From: Octopus sinensis
Taxonomy: Eukaryota
Reading direction: 5' to 3'
DNA length: 64,000 nucleotides
NCBI RefSeq assembly: GCF_006345805.1
Contig: NC_043001.1
Location: forward strand, 66,650,001-66,714,000
Below the pieces are notes generated by a model, which was not told the origin of the DNA, made no database searches, and saw nothing but the letters and a program-made list of their open reading frames with translations. A program made the position numbers and the translations under genes. Shown here piece by piece: positions 52,318 to 64,000 of this stretch (the stretch's first letter is position 1; each line of letters opens with the position of its first letter).

Positions 52318-52620
52318 TCATCATCATCATCGTTTAACGTCCGTTTTCCGCGCTAGCACGGGTTGGACGGTTTCGACCGGGGTCTGGGGAGCCAGGGGCT
52401 GCCCCAGGCTCCAGTCTGGTCTGGCAGTGTTTCTACAGCTGGATGCCCTTCCTAACGCCAACCACTCCGCGAGTGTAGTGGGTGCTTTTTACGTGCCACC
52501 TGCACAAGTGCCAGAGGGGTCTGGCATCGGCCACGGTCAGTTGGTGCTTTTTATGTGCCACCTGCACAGGAGCCAGTCGGGGCGGTGCTGGCATCGGCCA
52601 CGTTCGGATGGTGCTTTTTA
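52318..52620 (-). mobile_element. RTE LINE 3' UTR fragment
   Basis: catcatcatcgtttaacgtccg..ctagcacgggttggacgg..gatgcccttcctaacgccaaccactcc, near-identical to 41468-41780. Confidence 0.92.
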
Positions 52621-53150
52621 TGTGGAGGGATGGTGCAGAAATATAGGGGAGCACCAGTGGGGAGGGGTGTTCGGAGAAACGATGACAGGTTCTAGACAAG
52701 TAGAACGTAGGATATCACGAGAGGGGTAATGCATGGTGAAATAGCGTATTGAAGAGGGGGGTTTGAAGAGTAGACACCTATAATGGTGGTGGGAGAAGCG
52801 ACATCCGGTATAGATGGAGCAAAAATATAGAGATATCCGGTATTGGTGGTGTGGGTGGGCAAGGGCGGGTGCACCGGGAATATGCGAAGGTTGAACTTGA
52901 CGGGCTGGCTTAAAAATGCTCTTAGCAATGGAAGGGGGGAAAGGAAGAGGGGGGAGGGCAGACAACGTAAAAGAGGGAGAGAGACAGAGAAGGGAATAGT
53001 GGAACCCCGCGAAAATCGGCCGCCATTGAAAAAACCCTGTATGGAGAAACTTAATATCTATTCTGTATTTAGCGAGACACGAGGCCGGAAACCGATGGTC
53101 AACAATAACTAATAAATTATACAGAAAATGCAATACGAGGCGAGGCGAAG

Positions 53151-53153
<3 letters not shown>

Positions 53154-53213
<60 letters not shown>

Positions 53214-53217
53214 TATG

Positions 53218-53265
<48 letters not shown>

Positions 53266-53366
53266 GTATGTATATATGTATGTATGTATATATGTATGTA
53301 TGTATATATGTATGTATATATATATGTATGTATATATATATGTATGTATATATATATATATGTATG

Positions 53367-53417
<51 letters not shown>

Positions 53418-53514
53418 ATATATATATATATATATGTATATGTATGTATATATATATATATGTATGTATATATATATATGTATATATATGTATTATATAT
53501 ATATATTATGTATG

Positions 53515-53565
<51 letters not shown>

Positions 53566-53638
53566 ATATATGTATATATATATATATGTATATATATATG
53601 TATATATATTTATGTATATTATAGTATATATATGTATG

Positions 53639-53669
<31 letters not shown>

Positions 53670-53912
53670 GTATATATTATGTATATATATATATATATGT
53701 ATGTATTATATATGTATATTATATATATATATGTATGTATGTATATATATATAAATATATATGTATGTATGTATATATATATATGTATGTATGTATATAT
53801 ATATGTATGTATATATATATATATATATGTATGTATATATATATATATATGTTTGTATAATTATATATGTATGTATATATGTATGTATATATATATATAT
53901 ATATATGTATAT

Positions 53913-53947
<35 letters not shown>

Positions 53948-54004
53948 ATATATATATATATATGTATATATATGTATGTATGTATATATATATATATATA
54001 TATG

Positions 54005-54035
<31 letters not shown>

Positions 54036-54075
54036 TATGTATGTATATATATGTATGTATGTATATATGTATATG

Positions 54076-54108
<33 letters not shown>

Positions 54109-54253
54109 ATAGTATGTATATATATATATATGTATATATATATATAATATGTATGATATATATATATATGTATGTATATATATATATGTATGTATATATG
54201 TATATATATATGTATGTATATATATATATATAGTATGTATATATATATGTATG

Positions 54254-54311
<58 letters not shown>

Positions 54312-54429
54312 ATATGTATATATATATATATATATAATGTATGTATATATATATATATAATATGTATATATATATTATGTATGTATATATATATATATAT
54401 ATGTATGTATATATATATATATATGTATG

Positions 54430-54450
<21 letters not shown>
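53154..54450. repeat. 1.3-kb (TA)n/(TATG)n compound microsatellite
   Basis: Direct reading of the sequence. Confidence 0.98.
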
Positions 54451-54454
<4 letters not shown>

Positions 54455-54460
<6 letters not shown>

Positions 54461-57341
54461 GCCAGTGTGTGTGTGTGTCCAGTGTGTGGTGGTGTCCAGT
54501 GTCGTGGTGTATAAATGGCGAGTAGATTGAATGTCTGTAAGAGTAATGTATATTTTAAGCAATGTGTGTATATGTGTGCGCGTGTGTGTAACGAAAAAGG
54601 GGGGGGTTTAAGGAAAAGGACTCCAGCTGAGGGGAAGATGGAAGAGTGGTCCCGCGGAGGCGGGCGTGGGAAAACCCAACGACACGCGACGGTCCCAGGA
54701 ACGGGCGGGAGGTCTTGTCGGTTCCAAGAGCGAGGTGCCTGCGGAGCGTATGCGTACGCGAACCAGCGCAAGCGCGTGCGTGCGCGAGCCTGCGAGTATG
54801 TGCGTAAGTATGTATGTGTGTGGATGTGTGAGTGTGTCTGTGTGTATGTCCGGGTGGCAGTGTGTCCGATGAATGTATGTGAGTATGTGTGTATGTATGT
54901 GTGTGCATAGATGTATGTCCGTGTGTGTGTGTATGTGTGTGAGTGTGTATGTATGTACGTGTGGGTGTGGGGAAGTGTGTGTATGTGCATGTGTGTGCGC
55001 GTACATACAGGTGTGTGAGTGAGTGTGTGTGTGTATGTATGTGTGAGTGTGTATGTATGTGTGTGTAGGATGCATGTATGTGTATGGGTGTATGTATGCG
55101 TGTGTGTATGTATGTATGTGTACGTGCGTGTGTGTGTGTGTATGCGTGTAGGTGTGCGCGTGTGCATGCATGCATGCACGCATGTGCGTATGTGTGTGTG
55201 TGTGCATGTGTGTGGGTATATATGTATGTGCGTATATGTGTGTGTGTGTGCGTACATGTGTGTGTGTGTATGCATGTGTGTGTATGTAGGTGTGTAGGCG
55301 TGTGTGTATAGGTGTATGTATGTAAGTATGTATGGGTGTGTCCGTGTATGTGTGTGTATGTATGTGTGTGTATGTAGGTGTGTGGGCGTGTGTATATGTG
55401 TGTGTATGTAGGTGTGTTGGCGTGTGTATATAGGTGTATGTGTGTATGTCCATGCATGTTTGTGTGTGTGTGTGTATGCATGTGTATGTAGGTGTGTGTG
55501 TACGTGTGTAATGTATGTGTGTATGCGTGTGTATGCGTGCGTGTGTGTATGTAGGTGCGTGTGTATGTGTGTGGGAGTGTAGGTGTGCGTGTGCGTGTTT
55601 ATGTTGGTGTGTGCGTATGTGAGTGTGAGTGTATGGGTGTTTGTCATGCATGTGTGTGCGCGTGCAGGTGAGTGTGTGTGTAAGTATGTGTGTGTGTATG
55701 TTTGTGTGAGTGTGTATGTGTGTATGTCTGTGTGTATGTGTGTGAGTGTGTATGTGTGTATGTCTGTGTGTATGTATGTGCGTATAGGAGTATGTGTGTA
55801 TGTGTGTGTGTATGTATATGGGTGTATGTATGTATGTGTGTGTGTGTGCATGTGTATAAGTATATGTGTGTGTGCGTATGTGTGTATATGTGTATGTGTG
55901 TGTGTTTATGTATGTGTGTATGTATGTGTGTAGGCGTGTGTGTGTAGATGTATGTATGTATGGGTGTGTGTCCGTGTGTGTTTGTGTGTGTGTGTAGGTA
56001 GATGTGTGTGTCTGAGTGAGGGTATGGCTGTGTAGGTGTGTGTGTGTATGAATGTAAGTGTGTGTGTATACAAGTGTAATGTATGTATGTAGGTGTGTGT
56101 GTGTGTGTGTATGTGTACGTGTGCGTGTGTATGTGTGTATGCGTGTGAGTGTGAGTGTATGGGTGTATGTCTGTGTGTGTGTGTATGTCTGAAGTAGGTA
56201 TGTATGTGTATGTATGTATGTGTGTGTGTGTGTGCAGGTAAGTGTGTGTATGTGTGTGTGTGAGTAGGTGTGCGTGTATGTATGTGGGTAGGGATGCATG
56301 CGAGTGTGTGGGTATGTATGCATACATACGCACGCGCACATCCGAAGCAAGCCCACACACACGAAGCGCGCCCACGCACACAACGCACAAGCAGTACAAC
56401 GCAAGCCCAAGGGGCCAACCAAGCCCCCAGCGCGCGCCAAGGCGCGCGAGCGCAAAGGCCCTCGAACGCCCCGCTACGCGGGAACCGAGGATCCATCGGC
56501 CAAAACCGGAAAGCAGAAAAGAGGGGGGGCTGCCTGGATGCAAAAAGGTGTATGTGTGTGTGCATTCAGTGTGAGGGTGTGCATGTGTAGGTATGTATGT
56601 ATGTATGTGCCTACATGTATGTTTGCATGTGTGTGTGTGAAGTATGTACGTGCGGTGTGTGTGTGTGAGTGTGTGTGTATGTATGTGCGTATGTATGTGT
56701 GTGTGTATGTGTGTATGTATGACTGTGTGTGTGTGTGTGTGTGTAAGTATGTATGTGTGTGCGTATGTATGTATGTGTGTGTGTATGTGCATGTTGGTTT
56801 GTATGTTAGTGTGTGTTAGTATGTCTGTAAGTGTGTGTGATTAAATGTGTGAATGTATGTACGTAGATGGGTCTACGTATGTGTGTGTGTGAACAGGCGT
56901 GTGGGAGGTAGGTGGGGGTGTGGGAGGTAGGTGGGTGGGTGTGTGCGTGTGGGAGGTAGGTGGGTGGGTGTGTGTGGGTGGTGTGTCCACAAAAAAAAAA
57001 AAAAAAACGGATCTCAAGAGGAGGGGGCTGTGTTAAGTCTGTGTGGGGTGGTAGTTTGTAGGGTGAAGATGTAGCGTTGCTCCAAGTGGAGCCTGGAAAG
57101 TGGGCGACCATGGTGGGGGGCGAGACCAAACACTGAGATGTCATCTAGGGAATGGCCGGCCGAGCGGAAGTGGCGTGCGACGGGAGAAAGAGAGTGTAGG
57201 TGAACGTCCCTCAAGTGTTCAGTGAAACGGTCGGACAACCGGCGTCCCGTCTGTCCTACATACAGCATCCCGCATAGGTTGCATTTAATGCAGTAAATAA
57301 GGCCAGACGAGGTGCACGTAAAAGAGTGCCTAATGCGTACA
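54455..57341 (-). mobile_element. 5'-truncated Penelope-like element, copy 2 (same family as 13166-16790)
   Basis: 57341-57014 encodes GIY-YIG C-terminus [17 protein letters not shown]...LNTAPSS* (16 differences in 108 aa versus copy 1), followed by about 2.5 kb of CA-rich sequence. Flanked by TA arrays. Confidence 0.9.
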
Positions 57342-58542
<1,201 letters not shown>

Positions 58543-59492
58543 TAAGAATAAATGTTTTTATATATAAAGAACGTGAAATACAGGAAGGACGAACACGGAA
58601 CACAGACAAATCATTCGAAGCCTTCAATCTTCAGTCAGACACCGAATCATCATAGCAAATTTCGGCTGTTCAATTCTGATATTTGCTCCAACTCGGCCAG
58701 CCCCAAGAAAAAACTAAGCTGTAAGCATTAGATTTCTTGGTAGAAGACAGGAATGTGAACGCACGAGACGGATGTAAATACAAGAGACGAAAACGAAATT
58801 GAAAACAGTAATGGATAAACAAAATATAACGATGGTTGTCTTACGACTTTAGACCAAATGAGACAAAAACAACAACAACATAGCAGCTGGCGTAGAAATA
58901 ATTACCGTTTCGGTAGAGGGGACACATGTTGGTCGAGATACGATCGCCAACAGAATGGTTAAGAAGCAGCAGGTTGCAGGAGAGAGAGAGAAAGAGAGAC
59001 AGAGAGAGAGGGAATCAAAGAGGGTGGAAGGCAGGGGACAGAATCAGTGACCAAGAGAAAAGGAGAAAGAAGGGATTAAGGAGGATGGGAGGAAGAGGAG
59101 GGAAGAATCGGAGGGCGCCAAAATAGTTTGGTAAAGAAGCAATGGTGGGTAGGAAAGACAAAGTGTATAGAAGTCGTGCAGGGTTTAAAATTGGACAAAC
59201 AAACGGGGGGGTGCACGTAACTCCGCAATAATATAAGAATAAATGTTTTTATATATAAAGAACGTGAAATACAGGAAGGGACGAACACGGAACACAGACA
59301 AATCATTCGAAGCCTTCAATCTTCAGTCAGACACCGAATCATCATAGCAAATTTCGGCTGTTCAATTCTGCTATTTGCTCCAACTCGGCCAGCCCCAAGA
59401 AAAAAACTAAGCTGTAAGCATTAGATTTCTTGGTAGAAGACAGGAATGTGAACGCACGAGACGGATGTAAATACAAGAGACGAAAACGAAAT
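58543..59492 (-). mobile_element. Pair of about 257-bp direct repeats (58543-58799, 59236-59492), PLE pseudo-LTR-like
   Basis: Near-identical copies (one substitution and two homopolymer indels seen) separated by about 436 bp. Diverged homologue at about 26060-26260. Confidence 0.75.
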
Positions 59493-59835
59493 ATATATGT
59501 ATGTATATACTCCAGTCCATACCAACATTAAAGATGGGCATTAAAAGATAATGATAATGAAACAGGTGTAACAGCATTTGTGGAAACTTGTAGCCAGTTA
59601 AGTTCTGGTTGACTGAATTATTTCCACTTCACTTCCAGTACTGAATACTTTTTCTTATTTGTTACCACTAAAGTGAGGGTGTGTGTGTGTATGAGAGAGG
59701 GAGAGAGAAGTTTAATGGAGCAATCAGGAGATATAGAACTCAATACATGTGTATGTATATATTTTAAATCCCATTGAAAGTCATAAAGTAAGAGTTAAGA
59801 GTTGTGTGTACACACACACACACACTTATCATATA

Positions 59836-60862
59836 CAGGGTGCAGTGAATAAACTGTCGTCTTGAAGTATGTGAATATCATTCAGTCAATTAGGGAATAA
59901 AACATTGGTTAACAAATAACTCTTTATTTTTCATGTCCTGCATTGCAAGTAACCTGTTAATGTTGATTTGACCAAAAGCAAAGTACTCACAGTGGTGAAC
60001 TACTACAGTCTAAATTACGCAAAAATGAAAATAACATTGACATCTCATTTTAACAGATATATTTACCAAAATTACATAAAAGTATCTTGATATACTAAAG
60101 AGTAAATTTATTCAATGAAATCACCATTGGCTTCAACCATGGCCTTCAGATAACTTTGGGACCTCCTGCAACTCTTCTGGATAATTTCCTTATTTAAATT
60201 GGTGAATGTTGCCATAATCCTTGCCTTCAGTTCATCTTTGGTGTTACAAGGAGTTTTGTTGGTCTCTTGCATCCCACACATTGTAATCAAGGGGGTTGCA
60301 ATCTGGGGAGTTAGGTGGCCAGATGTTAGGGGTGATGTGGTTTCAGAAATTGTCTGACAGCCATGACTGGATTCTCTTGCTTGTGTGGTATGGTGCAGAG
60401 TCTTGTTGCCAGAGATAGAGCCTTCCAGCAGCCACCCTCTTGACCCGGGGCAGCACCACCTTGTCCAAGCACTACCTCGTCCAAGCACTTGATGTATGCC
60501 TCTGTGTTGAGTGTGAGGCCAAGTGAGAAGATGAACGGAGGCATAAACATCATCATCACTAGTGATCACTCCAAACACCATTATATTGGCTAGATGTATG
60601 ATTTTTATCACTTTCATTGCATGTCCTCAGATTGACACCTAAACACACTGAAATATTCGTACTGGAGCTTCCAGTGCAAATGCCAAGCAGTAACAGCATG
60701 TTGTTTCCAAATTTCTGGCAGAGTGAATTGCATTATACTGCTGTTTTTCTCACAGATGGTGCCCAACTGATCCTACTATACTGTGTTGTCGACAAAATCA
60801 AAAACGAGCAATGCGCAAAATTTATAAAGATAAAATGGTGACAATCTACCCATTGCACTCTG
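59836..60862 (-). mobile_element. Internally deleted Tc1/mariner transposon, DD37D (maT) type
   Basis: TA flanks. Degenerate TIRs CAGGGTGCAGTGAATAAACTGTC and (rc) CAGAGTGCAATGGGTAGATTGTC. WQQD-SAPYHT...WPPNSPDCNPL-DY has 37 residues between the last two Asp. Stops and frameshifts present. Confidence 0.88.
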
Positions 60863-61879
60863 TATACATAGAAAAGTTTATTTCTGTTTTCATCATGAAT
60901 TACCACTTAAGTTATATAGCTAAAGACATAGTAACTAAAAGCATGACGACAGTTAAATTTAGATAAATTATGTAAATGTGTGTGTCAGACAATTAGGCTA
61001 TGGGTTTCGAATGTGTAATAGCAAAGATTGCGTAGTTAGCTGTATGAGTAGTTGTTCTCTTGTTTGACACCTTTTATCATAGTGAATGGAGCTTTCACAG
61101 AAAGGACAACCAGAATGTGAAAGACCTAATCATATGAATTCACTTGCATTGAAAAAGTTGATATAATGGGTGTGTTATGCCTGGTGTCTCTTGTGAAATT
61201 CTTTATCCACATTGTTCCTGTTACTGAATTATTTCTGGAATGTTGTGGCCTTAATTGTTAAGTGAATCCATTATCTGGAACAGAATAAATATATTGTTCA
61301 GATAAATGTTCATCTTACATATATGTATATACATGTACTCACGCACGCACGTGCACACGCACACATATAAATATTAATATATATGCACCACACCTATCTC
61401 CCTCTTTCATCTCTCTCACTTTTTCTCTGTTTTCATTATCTTTTTCTTCTATGTTGACTTCCTCTCCATCTATTCATCACATGAGTGTGCAAACACACAT
61501 ATACACATTGATGTATGTGTATGTACCAATATATACTTGTAGTTATTAAAGTAAGTTATAAAAAGAATAATAATGATTATCACATGTTAAAGCATCTCAA
61601 ATGTGAGTCAATGAGAAAGCCTCAATGCTGTGGATCAACTTAGTGATCACTCCAAGCACCTGAATCTCTCTCAAATCACATCTTAAAAACGAAATGAAAT
61701 ATTTGACAATAAAGTCCTTGGTACAAGATGAATGATCAGTATGGAAATACGTTGTTCTGCTCAACCATGACTAATCTAGGATTAACGGAGGCAGTTATAA
61801 ATAATCAGTGTCATGATCTTTAATCACCCTTCTTTCTCAGTGATCAATGATCTAGATTCATTAGAGCCACATCTACTGG

Positions 61880-62345
61880 AGAATTGTTCCCCTGTGTCAC
61901 CATTGTTGTCCTTGCTCTCCTGTGTCACTCACCACTGATGTCCTTACTCTCCTGTGTCACTCACCACTGATGTCCTTACTCTCCTGTGTCACTCACCACT
62001 GATGTCCTTACTCTCCTGTGTCACTCACCACTGATGTCTTTACTCTCCTGTGTCACCACTGATGTCCTTACTCTCCTGTGTCACCACTGATGTCCTTACT
62101 CTCCTGTGTCACTCACCACTGATGTTCTTACTCTCCTGTGTCACTCACCACTGATGTTCTTACTCTCCTGTGTCACTCACTACTGATGTCCTTACTCTCC
62201 TGTGTTACTCACCACTGATGCCCTGACTCTCCTATGTCATTCACCACTGATGTCCTTGCTCTCCAGTGTCACTCACCACTGATGTCCTTACTCTCCTATG
62301 CCACTCACCACAGTCCTTACTCTCCAGTGTCACTCATCAGTGATA
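61880..62345. repeat. 32-bp minisatellite (tcctgtgtcactcaccactgatgtccttactc), about 14-15 units, with 28-bp variants
   Basis: tgtgtcac recurs at 61921, 61953 and 61985. Some units lack ctca. Confidence 0.97.
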
Positions 62346-62639
62346 TCCTTTATATTTGAAAACTTCAGTGAGACCAATACACTCCCATCTGAACCCAATA
62401 AAAAAAAACAAATAAAAAACGGTTAACATTCAACCATGTTTGGTATCAGAACCTCCTATCTAAGCTGTTTGCCCAGTTCCTGAGTTCCACTAAAATCACA
62501 CCTCTTAGATCAAAGATTTCTTTTCAGTGATCTTCATTGCAATATCTGTTCTCTAATCCACATGCTTTTAACCGTGGTGTGCCTCGAGGTTTGTTTTGTC
62601 TTCCATGCTTTTATGGTTATACATTAAAAACTTTCTCAC

Positions 62640-63700
62640 TGCCACTTTTAACAACATACACATATGATGATGACACCAGCCTTCATTTTCTTTAGCCTCT
62701 GTTGGCAAGCATCATCCATACACGTTAAACCTTCCTTGCATTTATCTCTCCATCCATTTATTTTTTCTGCCTCCTGTTCCTGAAAGGGTTGTGGAGGCAG
62801 AGTCATCAGGCACCTTCTCCATAGGGTCCTATTAGAAGCAGTTGTCATTACACTTTCTGACTGGATTCCCAAGTATGACTAACTGAGACTAGGGATATTA
62901 TAACCATCTCTTTCTTGGTCTACTTCTAAGTCTGTCTTGTGATTCTTTCTTGAGACATTTTAATCATGTGTGCAGTATTGAAGCTGTAACTTCTCAATGC
63001 AGAGGGGCTCAACCTGGAGAGACTCTATGATCTTCAAGCTACACACTACGTCAAGTAATGCTACTCTAGAGATCCTTTGGAGGAATCCCATTCCAGTTGC
63101 TTGTGTTCGTTATCATTACCCAACATTCACAACTATAGGCAAGGATAGGCACAAAAACTGGATCGAAGATAGCAAATTTGCTTTTAATATCTGCCAAGTT
63201 TCTTCTTCCCAGGTGGCTTTACTACATTTGAGCACTTTAATTGCTCCGATGACTTCAGCCTCTATGAAGTTAGTTTTGCTCCTAGATGCACCTTGCATCC
63301 ACTAGAGAATTGCATTGTCCCTGGATTTAGGAGATAAGTAAAGTATTCCCTCCACCTCCTAAGGCTGCTCTTCACAGTGTTGAGAAGAACCTCAGCTGAG
63401 TTCTTAATGGTTGGTATGGAACAGGACTTCTTGTTTCAAAGTTGGCAGTTAGTCTGCCAGAATGCTTTATTGCTCATCTAAAGTCAGTCTAGCTTAATCC
63501 CAAAGTCTTCCCATGATTTAACCTTGAATGTTTCTTCTGTCTCTGCTGCAACTTTTTATACCTCAGTGCACAGCAAGCACAAAGGAGGTACTTGTTTACA
63601 AGCCAAGCTTTGTTAGTCTCTTCCTTTGTTTGGATGGCATCTTTAATTTACTGCATTCATGAATAAGAGTTTTGAAAATAGTCTTCAATGGGGAGATGAA
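62640..63700 (-). mobile_element. Old LINE relic (RTE-like)
   Basis: FIEAEVIGAIKVLKCSKA resembles the I..EV..AI..LK..KAPG region before RT. ASNRTLWRR resembles an RTE C-terminus. Confidence 0.6.
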
Positions 63701-64000
63701 AAACACCTTTTCTTTAATGTCACTGAAGTACACCCACTAAACCTATCAAAAAAAAAAGTGTTATAGCATATTTCCTTTAAGACCCTCAAAGTCTCTATAA
63801 ATTGTACTTATTACAATGTTTGATCTCTCATGGCAACTCCACATGATAAAAACATTACCAAAACTACTTCACAAAGACCACTTACTCTTCAAGACCATAA
63901 AATACTTCAGTTCTTAGCAATTACTATTGGTGTACATTCACATACTGGTACTCAATTACAATGTAGAGAGTAGAGTATATTCACATGCTGATACTCATGT

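Noticed and set aside
58600-58650. Possible hammerhead (CTGAAGA...GAA) in the pseudo-LTR pair
   Set aside because: Stem II would need a 1-nt loop and the GAAA/stem III/cleavage triplet do not form.

Overview
Eukaryotic, AT-rich, repeat-dominated DNA. The repeat repertoire resembles octopus (coleoid cephalopod) intronic or intergenic sequence; this is inference from pattern recognition, not a database hit. No rRNA, true tRNA, CRISPR or prokaryotic operon is visible, and most long ORFs in the supplied track are microsatellite artefacts. Recognisable elements: (1) RTE-clade LINEs, one nearly intact at 41.5-44.65 kb with a PHD-type finger after the RT core; (2) Penelope-like elements (PLE; RT + GIY-YIG), with two minimal hammerhead-ribozyme motifs in PLE-type termini; (3) a head-to-tail pair of Helitron derivatives; (4) R4/Dong-like REL LINE relics; (5) a DD37D (maT) Tc1/mariner relic; (6) many tRNA-derived SINEs, two long palindromes and a 32-bp minisatellite. 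Between the repeats on the + strand lie short Cys/Trp-rich segments that look like exons or relics of a C-type-lectin-like/PAN(apple) multidomain gene. One is tandemly duplicated and cut by a SINE, and several carry stops or frameshifts. That gene model is tentative.
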